Positions 21,552 to 31,002 of a stretch of 64,000 nt of DNA are shown piece by piece. Within the stretch, counting starts at the first letter, position 1, and every line of letters starts with the position of its first letter. Below the pieces are notes generated by a model. It saw nothing but the letters and a program-made list of their open reading frames with translations. It was not told the origin of the DNA and did not search any database. Source of the stretch: a virus (lineage: Duplodnaviria > Caudoviricetes). Made by a program: the position numbers and the translations under genes. The stretch is from positions 1,297 through 65,296 of IMG/VR virus record IMGVR_UViG_3300037247_000437. The stretch is one strand, 5' to 3'.

Positions 21552-22463
21552 ATGGATTTTATTACAGAAGATTTTATTAAAGAAAACAAATTAACCGAAG
21601 GACAGGTTGAGGTAATTAACAAGGTTGGTGATGGATATATTGCCGACGTAAAAAAGGAAGCGGACACAAAAGCAAGTGAAGCGGCCAACGAAAATGCAGA
21701 AAAGATTTTACACGGGGCAACTAAAAAACTTGAAGAACTAACAGGAATTAAGCACGAAAACGGAACTAAAATATCTGACTACTTACTCTTAAGTACAGAC
21801 GGCTATTTTAGCGGAACAAAGGCATCTTTAGAGAGGAAAGAAAAAGAGCTTGAAGAAAAGCTAAAAGCAGAACCCGGGGATCAAGCAATTAAGTTGGAAT
21901 TGATCGAATCCAAAAACGAAGTTGATAGACTTAAAAAAGTAGAGGCAGATCATTCGGAACTAGTAAAGGGTGACTATAAAAATCTTTACGAAACTGCTAA
22001 TAACGATTTAATTGAGACTAAAAAACAAGTAGCATTTGGAAATGTGAAGCCAAAATTCGCGGATAACATAAACGAATATGAAGCTAAAGCAAAATGGAAT
22101 GATTTTGTAAGTGGCACGCTAAAAAAATATAAAATTCATCTCGGTGAAGATCGAAAGGCAATTGCAATCGATCGTGAGAATGAATATAAAACAGTTGAAC
22201 TATCTCAATTGGTAAAAGAAAATGCAATAATTCAGGAATTAGTAAAAGGCAGACAGCAGACTGGGCCAGGCGTTAAACTAAAACTCCCAGTTAAAATTGA
22301 TGGCCTTGATTTTGATGTTCCAGAAAATGCAAATGCACAAGAACGACAGAAAGCTATAAAAGACTATATCACAGGAGTTCTAAAAATTCAGCAATTTGAT
22401 GTTAAATATTCTGAAAAATTCGCTGAATATAATAAGAAAATACTGGAAAAGATTCCAGCCTAA
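21552..22463 (+). CDS. Capsid scaffolding protein
   Basis: Charged coiled-coil protein immediately upstream of the capsid gene. Confidence 0.65.
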   Translation: MDFITEDFIKENKLTEGQVEVINKVGDGYIADVKKEADTKASEAANENAEKILHGATKKLEELTGIKHENGTKISDYLLLSTDGYFSGTKASLERKEKELEEKLKAEPGDQAIKLELIESKNEVDRLKKVEADHSELVKGDYKNLYETANNDLIETKKQVAFGNVKPKFADNINEYEAKAKWNDFVSGTLKKYKIHLGEDRKAIAIDRENEYKTVELSQLVKENAIIQELVKGRQQTGPGVKLKLPVKIDGLDFDVPENANAQERQKAIKDYITGVLKIQQFDVKYSEKFAEYNKKILEKIPA

Positions 22464-22483
22464 AAAAATGTATAATTTAAATA

Positions 22484-23563
22484 ATGGCATTCTTAGATGT
22501 AACGGTCTTAAATGACTTTCAAGCAACTGAGGCGACGAATGAGAAATTTATAGCGAATTATGGCATGGTTGATCTCGCAAAAGATTCAACGGCCTTTGTA
22601 GATTACATTCCGCCTAGTGTGCAACAAAAATTAGCGACATCTTCAGCGTCGCAAAACGCTCAAATACCTGTACTAAAAGATCAACAGGTGACAGTAACCA
22701 CAGTTCCGGGGTTCACAAATATTCCCGTCAACTTAGGTGAGACTGATAATTACTTCTTTACTGCGTTTGATATTTTCTCAGGATTCAGGCTATATCCTGC
22801 CGCCTTTGCAAACAATCAAATGGATGTGGAGTTTTACAGAAATAATATTATCAACAATGTACTTCAGGCAATGGCTGTGCAGAAAGATAATACTATTGAA
22901 GCTGTTTTAGAGCAGCAAAAAACACAAGTACTGAATTTTGCCACTCAAGTCTCTCAAGGCGAAGGAACCTTTGTGTTTGATGGCGGCACCGATACGCTAA
23001 ACATTAACAAATCAGCTCAGAAAGATACAATGTTTACTTATCTGAAAGAGCTAATGATAGCAAATCAATTACCTGGTGAATATCGTATAGTTGTTTCTCC
23101 AGGCGGTCTTCTTGTTTCCGAAGTAGAGGCATTGAAAAATAGAGATGCTCAAGCGGTACAAACTTTATGGTCACAAACCGCTTTGCCTTTCGATAGAAGG
23201 TATGTAACTAATCAGATTAGCCCTGCTTCTGATAATTTCAAAGGATTTTTGATTAGAGATGGCGGAATTGGTACATTTTCTAATTTCCCTTGGGACTTCA
23301 GGGACGGGACAATGTTTGCTGGCAAAGAATGGAGCATCACGGATACAGAAATGCCTTTTATAAAGAGTAGGTTAAATGTATACGTGAATAAAGAAGCTAC
23401 AGAAGCAACTTCTATAATTAGTCCTAAGACTGATTCAAACTTGACAATGACACATTTTGAAGAAATGGCAATGTGGGATAGGTTCTACGTTGTGTTTAGA
23501 TTCAATAGTGATTTGTCAACACGCCAAAATGATATTGTGAAAATTGCCGGTTTAGTTAGTTAA
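22484..23563 (+). CDS. Major capsid protein
   Basis: 359 aa, follows the scaffold, HK97-like size and composition. Confidence 0.75.
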   Translation: MAFLDVTVLNDFQATEATNEKFIANYGMVDLAKDSTAFVDYIPPSVQQKLATSSASQNAQIPVLKDQQVTVTTVPGFTNIPVNLGETDNYFFTAFDIFSGFRLYPAAFANNQMDVEFYRNNIINNVLQAMAVQKDNTIEAVLEQQKTQVLNFATQVSQGEGTFVFDGGTDTLNINKSAQKDTMFTYLKELMIANQLPGEYRIVVSPGGLLVSEVEALKNRDAQAVQTLWSQTALPFDRRYVTNQISPASDNFKGFLIRDGGIGTFSNFPWDFRDGTMFAGKEWSITDTEMPFIKSRLNVYVNKEATEATSIISPKTDSNLTMTHFEEMAMWDRFYVVFRFNSDLSTRQNDIVKIAGLVS

Positions 23564-23575
23564 TTAAAAAAAGAG

Positions 23576-24013
23576 ATGAGTTTAAAATATGATGTTTCAG
23601 GTGTCGGTGGGGATTCTGCCGCATTTGAGCCAAGAGGAAAAATAGTAGAAACAATAACCGCCAATAAAACTTATGACATTGGCGATTCAGGTAAATCATT
23701 TGCAATTGCTACAGACGCTATTGTTCAGACGTTACCGCTGATTTCTACTCAAAATTTAGGGATGGGATTTGAGTTTATAAACACCGGTGCGGATGGTAAT
23801 AATTTAATTACCTTAGCCCCGAATGCATTAGATTCATTTAACGGTACTATTGCGAATGCTGCCGCAGATTCTGTGGCTGGTGGCGCTATAGATAAAGATT
23901 TTGTAAACACAAAAGCAACATCAAATAAAGGCGATAGGGTGAAGGTACGTGCAGTAGCATTGACTGAATGGTATATTGTCGGTGGCGTTGGAATCTGGGC
24001 ATCTCAAGCATAG
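23576..24013 (+). CDS. Capsid decoration/minor structural protein
   Basis: Gly/Ala/Thr-rich beta protein (TLP...GMGFEFIN...GDRV...WYIVGGVG) after the capsid gene. Confidence 0.55.
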   Translation: MSLKYDVSGVGGDSAAFEPRGKIVETITANKTYDIGDSGKSFAIATDAIVQTLPLISTQNLGMGFEFINTGADGNNLITLAPNALDSFNGTIANAAADSVAGGAIDKDFVNTKATSNKGDRVKVRAVALTEWYIVGGVGIWASQA

Positions 24014-24016
24014 TCA

Positions 24017-25162
24017 ATGTCTATCCTAACGTTTGCAGAAGACTTTACTAATACAATTGATTTAGATAGTCAATTGGTTGGAACCCCTGAATCCGGTTTA
24101 TACTGGAATCGGGGTGTTCATCCTATTTTAACTGTAAATAATTTACTTTCATTTCTACCTATCATATCGTTTACATTTCCTGATTGGGTAACAGGAACAA
24201 CATATAGCGAATTCGATACATCAAGAAGTAAAAGTGATATTATTACACATAATAGTATTATTTATCAGTCTTTGCAAGATGATAACGAAGGCAATCAACC
24301 GGATTCAACACCTCTGTTTTGGCTGCCTACTAATCTTGAGTCTTTACGAATAAAGTCTTTTATCTGGACGGTAGAAGATAATTTCAGATCTGCATTAACT
24401 TTAGATAGAATGCTCATCGAGAATCAATTTATATATAATGTTGGCGAACAAGTGCGAACATTATCAGGCGATTTCTCAGCGTGGGCATTCGAGCCAAAAG
24501 GATCAGATTATGTAAGAATCAGGATAAATCAAATTGCACTGCAAGCAAATACAGATATTCAACAAGATTTGTTTGTAATCAACCAAGGACGATTGATTAC
24601 AACACTTACTTTAAATCCAGACAATGGAGTGTTGAATTTCGAGGATATTGGATATGTCATTTCAGGGAAAGGCAGGTTTATCTTTGCCATTAATAGCCAG
24701 GAAGTATTAAGTGATAATGCATTTAATGATCCGTTCAAATATGATGGGTTTGTGTGTTATCCATTATCTGGCATCGGGACAGTCCCTGAAGGTGCGGAAT
24801 ATTCTGAATCATCTGCAGGAAATGGGATGAACTTTAATATCTCTGCTTATTTAGATTCCGATTTATATCTGACTAATAATCTGATTGATTTTGCAAAGTA
24901 TTTACGCGTCCAAATGGAATTGGATTTCGCAAAAACAATCATTCATAATGCGAATATCAGATCGAACAGAGATGAGAGAATAATTGCCGGCAGTCAATTT
25001 ACGCAGCAATTATTATCAACTGAGGTATTAAACTTGGACTTAAATACAATTGCCGCAAAATACACGAGGGAAATGAAAATTGCGGCCACGTCCGTCAATA
25101 GGACTTTCGACAAATTTCTGATGAAGAAAAATACTTTCAGAGTAAGGCGTACAACAGTATGA
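24017..25162 (+). CDS. Head-tail connector-like virion protein with a small carbohydrate-binding-like insert
   Basis: Position; WVTGTTYS...ITHNSIIYQSLQDDNEGNQP...W motif. Confidence 0.5.
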   Translation: MSILTFAEDFTNTIDLDSQLVGTPESGLYWNRGVHPILTVNNLLSFLPIISFTFPDWVTGTTYSEFDTSRSKSDIITHNSIIYQSLQDDNEGNQPDSTPLFWLPTNLESLRIKSFIWTVEDNFRSALTLDRMLIENQFIYNVGEQVRTLSGDFSAWAFEPKGSDYVRIRINQIALQANTDIQQDLFVINQGRLITTLTLNPDNGVLNFEDIGYVISGKGRFIFAINSQEVLSDNAFNDPFKYDGFVCYPLSGIGTVPEGAEYSESSAGNGMNFNISAYLDSDLYLTNNLIDFAKYLRVQMELDFAKTIIHNANIRSNRDERIIAGSQFTQQLLSTEVLNLDLNTIAAKYTREMKIAATSVNRTFDKFLMKKNTFRVRRTTV

Positions 25163-25740
25163 TTACAGGCGTAGACATACCAATCTCTTTAATCAGAGAT
25201 AACTTTGTTCAAAATCTATGGAACGATGTTTCTAATCAGATTTATTACAGTCGCGCATTTAGAAATGTTCGGCAAATTGACGGGTCGTTGCGTGTAATTC
25301 CTGAGATATTTGCTGAAAATAAAGAATACAAAGAGGTATTATTCGATGACAAACGAAATGTCTTAGTATTTTTCGATGTAGATAATGAACGGTCAAATAT
25401 TTTAGACAAACCGGAAACGAATTTGAATATAATATTTTCTGTAAATCTGGACGCTATTCATCCTGGTGACGATTTCAGGCAAGAGGATAATGTTCATGCT
25501 GATGTATTGCAAGTTTTAAGGGATACAAGCAATGTAAGTATTGATAAAACTAATGCAAATTTAAAGAGTGGGATTGATGCGTATGAAGATTTCTATAGAG
25601 AAAATATTACAGCTTTCAATATGCAATCATTTCACACTTTCAAAATTGAGTTAAGTGTAAAATACATTTACGATTGCAATAACGGCCAGAATAATCCTGT
25701 TACATCAAATCCATATCCGGAACCAGTAATTAAAAATTAA
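25159..25740 (+). CDS. Neck/tail-completion protein
   Basis: Position before the major tail protein. Confidence 0.5.
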   Translation: MITGVDIPISLIRDNFVQNLWNDVSNQIYYSRAFRNVRQIDGSLRVIPEIFAENKEYKEVLFDDKRNVLVFFDVDNERSNILDKPETNLNIIFSVNLDAIHPGDDFRQEDNVHADVLQVLRDTSNVSIDKTNANLKSGIDAYEDFYRENITAFNMQSFHTFKIELSVKYIYDCNNGQNNPVTSNPYPEPVIKN

Positions 25741-25751
25741 ATTTAAAAAAA

Positions 25752-26612
25752 ATGACAACATTTTCATGTGCGGTAAACCGCTTAAATATAGGAGAAAGTA
25801 CATGCACAAAAGGAGTGCTTGAAAATCCTAATCAAATGATGATTGCTGATGAAAACTTTACTTTCACTTCAGCACAAGCAAATGATGTGTCTTTTTGGAC
25901 AACTGCCATAAAAGATAAATCAGTAGTTCTGTTCCCGAAAATATTCAACTTTGAAGCAGCGCCAACTGAGGCAGCTTATGAAGAAACGTCTTTCGGAAGC
26001 AGGAAAGCAAGCCAGGGTAAATATGGATTCAGGTTGACGTATGCTAAAAACATAGAAGTGTACAAAAATCTTGTTTCATTCGACGGGTCATTGGATAGAA
26101 TAATTTTATTTGATGATCAAGGAAAATTAATGAGCACATTGATAGGGGGTGTACAGCCTGATCCGGTAGATAATACTTACGGAGGATTGACGCCTCAAAT
26201 GTTTTCAGTTGAAAATCAAACTATTGCAGATGGGGAAACTACAAAAAGCCCTATTTTCATCAAGTTTGAAGACCCCGTAGAATGGAATAGTAATGGATTT
26301 ATTTTCATTCAAACATTTCTTTCTCAGGTGAAATCATTAAGTACTGCTACTTTGCTAGAGATAGGCGCGTCAATAGCCACTTTAATTACCGTTACGGTGA
26401 CTAATAATAATGACGGATCGCCCCGAAGAGGATTAGTAAAAGATGACTTCTCATACACCGGCGGAACAATCACCGGATTAACAGAACTTCCAGCCGGTCA
26501 ATATGCATTAGCAGGAACAGGGCTGACAACTGGTGACCTTGATTTAGTTACCCCGACCAGCTCGACTCAATTCGTAGAAAGTGCAGGTTCAATTGCAATT
26601 ACAATAGCATAA
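25752..26612 (+). CDS. Major tail (tube) protein with C-terminal Ig-like extension
   Basis: Position; 286 aa; Thr/Gly-rich C-terminus. Confidence 0.6.
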   Translation: MTTFSCAVNRLNIGESTCTKGVLENPNQMMIADENFTFTSAQANDVSFWTTAIKDKSVVLFPKIFNFEAAPTEAAYEETSFGSRKASQGKYGFRLTYAKNIEVYKNLVSFDGSLDRIILFDDQGKLMSTLIGGVQPDPVDNTYGGLTPQMFSVENQTIADGETTKSPIFIKFEDPVEWNSNGFIFIQTFLSQVKSLSTATLLEIGASIATLITVTVTNNNDGSPRRGLVKDDFSYTGGTITGLTELPAGQYALAGTGLTTGDLDLVTPTSSTQFVESAGSIAITIA

Positions 26613-26750
26613 TGAGAATAAACTGCAAAAAAGGAATGTCATTTGAAGATTTCAAAAAGACATTTCCGGGATTGTTTAAAGGTTACAATCCCGTCGCAAA
26701 GGAAAAGGCTTATGTAAGAGAATTCGAAAAAGCAACTGGACAGAAGCACG

Positions 26751-27194
26751 ATGGGGAAATTAAGGGAACTTCAAAAAAAGTCAAGGCAGTTGGCAAAGAA
26801 TTGGTCGAAGATAAGAAGCCAGGCGCTTGAGAAGACAAAGGAAATTGCCTTAGATGTTATTACAGATGATCAATTATTCGCAAAGGGCATTGATGGCGAC
26901 GGCGGTAAATTACCGCTGCCGTATGCTCCCTTTACAATTGACATTAAAAAAACATTAGGTCAGCCAATTGATAGAATTACTCTAAAAAATACAGGGGCAT
27001 TTCATGATGGATTTTTTGACAATGTTTCAGGTGATAATATAATTACCGGATCATCAGACAGCAAATCAGCACAATTGCATAAAGATTGGGGTCAAAGTAT
27101 TAGCTCAATGACAAAAGCTAATACTGAAAAGTATGCTCGTGAAAATGTTCTGCCAATACTTCAAGATTCAACTAAAAAAGCTTTAGGACTATGA
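26751..27194 (+). CDS. Neck/tail morphogenesis protein (HK97 gp10/virion morphogenesis-like)
   Basis: PYAPFT...K......ITLKNTGAF motif. Confidence 0.55.
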   Translation: MGKLRELQKKSRQLAKNWSKIRSQALEKTKEIALDVITDDQLFAKGIDGDGGKLPLPYAPFTIDIKKTLGQPIDRITLKNTGAFHDGFFDNVSGDNIITGSSDSKSAQLHKDWGQSISSMTKANTEKYARENVLPILQDSTKKALGL

Positions 27195-27422
27195 TTGATT
27201 TATTAAAAGAATTAGACGGATTCCGTAAAGGTAAAAACTTTAAACGGTTTGGGTTTTCTGTTGGAGGCGAAAACAATAGCTGGATAAAAAATATTGAAAA
27301 GCTTTCGCAGTCTACTGATAATCATACTCATGAATGCGCCTCATTATTGGCTAATATTGGATATAAATATGCGATAAGTAAGGGTATGGATAATGATAGC
27401 ATCAAAGACTTAAGATTACATC

Positions 27423-28097
27423 TTGATGACAAAATATTACAAAACGTGTGACACTTTGCCGCTGAAAAACTTTTTCAAGGTCATGGAAATGAGTGATTAT
27501 AAATATTTAATCATTACAGATGACTATGAAGGAATTGAGTGTAAAAAGGACTTAAGCGAATTGTGGGAATCTATTTTACATGAATATTCAGAGATTGAAG
27601 GCAGTGGCAAAATATTAGAAAAGTTCGACGCGTTTAAGGAAATCCACCAATTGGCGGCGACTTTTGATATAATAAATGCAATGATTTATTCTTTGCATTA
27701 TCGATATAATAAACAATATATTGATGATTTGGCAATGTTTGGGTATAAAATTGAGATAATCGATAATTGCATTACAGAGAAATCTTTACAAACATGCTCA
27801 CAAATGGCGCGGGCAATACTAAATGACATTGACGAAGTAAAAAGAAAAATCAACCCTGATGAGTGTTTAAAATGCAACGGAACAGGAATTTATGAAAATC
27901 AAAAATGTACCGAATGTGATGGAATCGGATCTGTCAATCAAAAGCCCATAAAAAATCTATTTTATAAAGCAATTGCATGGCTAATAAAGGGCTATGGCAA
28001 TTTAGAGGATAATATCACTGTTGCGAAGTATGTCGCATTGAAAAACCATTTAAACAAGATAATCAAAGCTGAAAATGGGCGAAATAAAAGGAACTGA
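27423..28097 (+). CDS. Probable tail assembly chaperone carrying a DnaJ-type CxxCxGxG pair
   Basis: Directly precedes the tape measure gene; CLKCNGTG...CTECDGIG. Confidence 0.5.
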   Translation: MMTKYYKTCDTLPLKNFFKVMEMSDYKYLIITDDYEGIECKKDLSELWESILHEYSEIEGSGKILEKFDAFKEIHQLAATFDIINAMIYSLHYRYNKQYIDDLAMFGYKIEIIDNCITEKSLQTCSQMARAILNDIDEVKRKINPDECLKCNGTGIYENQKCTECDGIGSVNQKPIKNLFYKAIAWLIKGYGNLEDNITVAKYVALKNHLNKIIKAENGRNKRN

Positions 28098-31002
28098 TAT
28101 ATTTGAAGCGTCCGCGATAAAGGCACCTTTAGAATTTGCAAAAAACATGGATGTGGCATTGGATAAGGTTGAGAAATTCATTGATCTGATGAAGCAATCT
28201 GAGGGCGCAATTGGATTAGCAAAATCTACAAAAAAAGTAAGAGAAGAAAACTCAAAACTTTTAAAATCTCAACAGGAATTACAAAAACTAGAGCAGCAAA
28301 TTTTAGCAGTAAGAGGTAAATTAATTGCAAGCAGATCAGATGAGGCAAAACAATTAGCCGAGCTAAAAGTCCAAAATACTGAACGCAATAAAAAATTAAA
28401 GGAAGAGGCTAGAGAAACGAGGGGCCTTATGGGCGCGTTCGATAGATTAAGAAAAAGCAGAGATAAGGCAGCAATAACATTAAAAAATCTTATAGCATCT
28501 GAAAAGGCATCAACAGCAGAAATCAATAAGGCACAAAGGGCATTTGATAAGCTAGAGGCAAAAACGCAAAAAGCAAACAAAGCAGCTAAGCAGTTCCAGG
28601 GTAATGTAGGTAATTACCCCACACTTTTTAAATCAGCCACATCGTCATTAAAAATGTTCATTGGAGCATTTGGGTTTATTGGCGGCATTGCTCTTTTTGC
28701 CAGAACCATAACAGATGCTTTCAAACGAATTAGAGAATTTGACAAAGCGGCTGTGGAGCTTGCTGCAATATTAGGAAGCACGCGCGAAGAAATATCTGGA
28801 CTTGAAGATGTTATTATAAAAGTTGCGAGTGCTTCAACAAAAACAAGTACAGAAGTGGCGCAACTTGCTACCACATTAGCCACATTAGGAAAGACTGAAT
28901 CAGAGATAAAAAACCTTTTAAAGCCTGTCAATAATTTATCGATATCATTAAAATCCACCTCCCAAGAGGCCGGAGAATTATTAGTTTCTACATTAAACGC
29001 ATTTGGACAAGGATCATCTGAAGCAGGTAGATTCGCAGATATAATTGCCAAGATGAGAACATCAACTGCGTTAGATTTTGAAAAGATAAAAAATTCTCTC
29101 GGATTTCTTGCGCCAACCGCAAGAGCTGCGGGTGTGTCGCTTGAAAGAACAGGTGCAATATTGGGTATATTAGTTGATAATGGGAAAAAGGCAGCGTCAG
29201 CAGGACGGTTAACAAGTACATCATTTTTAAAACTTGCAAAAGATGGATTGACGCTTGAAGATGCTCTGGATAAAATAAATATAGCTCAAGCTAAGACATC
29301 TAATGAACAAGTGATATTGGCCGAGGCTGGTAGACTATTCGGGGCTGAAGCGGCAGGCATAGGACTTATTCTTGCTAATAATCGAGTCAAAGTTGATGAG
29401 TTGACAGAAGCATTAGAGAATAGTAAAGGCACGCTCGATGAGTTAACCAAGGCGCAATTAGAATCATTTGACGCTAAGTTAAAAATATTAGATTCTTCCT
29501 GGGAGAGGTTCATTTTAAATATTACGAAGGGTGATAATGTAATTGCCAAAGATTTAAAAAATTCCATTGCAACACTCACTGGATGGTTTGATAACTTATC
29601 TGATGCAATGGATGGAACTGATCGTAAATTTGAAAACTGGAAAGATAAAGTCAAAGAATCAGATCCAAGCGCGAAAAAACTATCAATTTCAATCGATAAT
29701 CTAAATGAGAAATTAGCAAAAAATAAAGAGATACTATCGGATCTTCCAGGGGGTAACGCACAAATATTTAGGGATCAAATAAATGCACAAGAAGAGATAA
29801 TAAAAGGACTTGAAGAGCAGAAAGTATTTATCCTTGAACTTCAGCAAGCCAAACAAGACAAGGCAGATGAAGAAATTAGAATAGCCAATGAGGTTGCAGA
29901 AAAAGAAATTGCAGCAGCTAAATTAGTAGCAAAAGAAAAGGCGTTATTAGCAAAAAAATCAAACGATGCGAGACTGTCAGAAATAATATTAAATCAAGTA
30001 AATCAACAGCAGGCAGATATTGACGAACTGGAATCTCTTGATAAATTAATAGAGGCAGAATTAAAAGCAGAGCAGGAATTAAATGACGAAATAGAAAGAA
30101 TAACACAATCAAGACTTGACGCTGAATTTGATGCAAATAAAAAAGCAATAGAAGACCAGAAAAAGATTGAAGAAAAGGCAGAAGTGGAAAGGATTGCAGC
30201 TATTGCAGCATTTAGAGATACAGAAGTACAATTAGCGTCAGAGACAGCAAATAGGCTTACTGATTTACGATTACAAAGAATTGATCAGGAAATTAGCGCT
30301 CTTGAGATGGCGCGAAATAGGGAATTAGAAGTTGAAGGAATTACAGCAGAGCAAAAGGATGCTATAAATAAAAAGTTTGATGCGAAAAAGAGAGACTTAC
30401 AGATAAAACAAGCGAATGCAGAAAAGCAAAACGCATTATTTCAAATTGCTATAAATACAGCCGTAGCAGTGACTAAGATAACCGCAGAGGCAGCATTAGC
30501 AGCACCATTTTTAATTCCTGGAATCATTGCATTAGGAGCAATTCAGGCAGCGGCAGTATTAGTCGCTCCTATCCCTCAATTTGATGAAGGAGCTCAAAGC
30601 ACACCTAAAGATTACATCGCAGGTGAAAAAAGGCCAGAATTAAGAAAATCTAAAGGTTCATGGTCACTTGTAAAAGAACCAACAATGTTTAAAAACAGCC
30701 CTGGCGATACGATTGTTTCCGGAAAAGAAACAGATTCAATTCTAGGGAGCATGGCAGATTTAACCGGAAATAATATGTTAACAGATCCAGGTCTAATGCT
30801 TGGGTTGCTGAATAATGACTTTCAGAAGAAGAAGCAAAGCGACGACTTAGCATATATGATAAAAAAGAATGGTGAGGATGTTGTCAGGGCAATAAATAAA
30901 AAGAAGTTTGTGGATGTTCGCGTAAATACTGCGCGTGCATTCGTGACAGAAATACGGGGACAAACACGAATTGATCACATAAATCAACAGTACAGAAGTT
31001 GA
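28075..31002 (+). CDS. Tail tape measure protein
   Basis: 975 aa, Ala/Lys-rich coiled coil, TP901-type core (APTARAAGVSLERTGAILGIL.DNG). Confidence 0.92.
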   Translation: MGEIKGTDIFEASAIKAPLEFAKNMDVALDKVEKFIDLMKQSEGAIGLAKSTKKVREENSKLLKSQQELQKLEQQILAVRGKLIASRSDEAKQLAELKVQNTERNKKLKEEARETRGLMGAFDRLRKSRDKAAITLKNLIASEKASTAEINKAQRAFDKLEAKTQKANKAAKQFQGNVGNYPTLFKSATSSLKMFIGAFGFIGGIALFARTITDAFKRIREFDKAAVELAAILGSTREEISGLEDVIIKVASASTKTSTEVAQLATTLATLGKTESEIKNLLKPVNNLSISLKSTSQEAGELLVSTLNAFGQGSSEAGRFADIIAKMRTSTALDFEKIKNSLGFLAPTARAAGVSLERTGAILGILVDNGKKAASAGRLTSTSFLKLAKDGLTLEDALDKINIAQAKTSNEQVILAEAGRLFGAEAAGIGLILANNRVKVDELTEALENSKGTLDELTKAQLESFDAKLKILDSSWERFILNITKGDNVIAKDLKNSIATLTGWFDNLSDAMDGTDRKFENWKDKVKESDPSAKKLSISIDNLNEKLAKNKEILSDLPGGNAQIFRDQINAQEEIIKGLEEQKVFILELQQAKQDKADEEIRIANEVAEKEIAAAKLVAKEKALLAKKSNDARLSEIILNQVNQQQADIDELESLDKLIEAELKAEQELNDEIERITQSRLDAEFDANKKAIEDQKKIEEKAEVERIAAIAAFRDTEVQLASETANRLTDLRLQRIDQEISALEMARNRELEVEGITAEQKDAINKKFDAKKRDLQIKQANAEKQNALFQIAINTAVAVTKITAEAALAAPFLIPGIIALGAIQAAAVLVAPIPQFDEGAQSTPKDYIAGEKRPELRKSKGSWSLVKEPTMFKNSPGDTIVSGKETDSILGSMADLTGNNMLTDPGLMLGLLNNDFQKKKQSDDLAYMIKKNGEDVVRAINKKKFVDVRVNTARAFVTEIRGQTRIDHINQQYRS

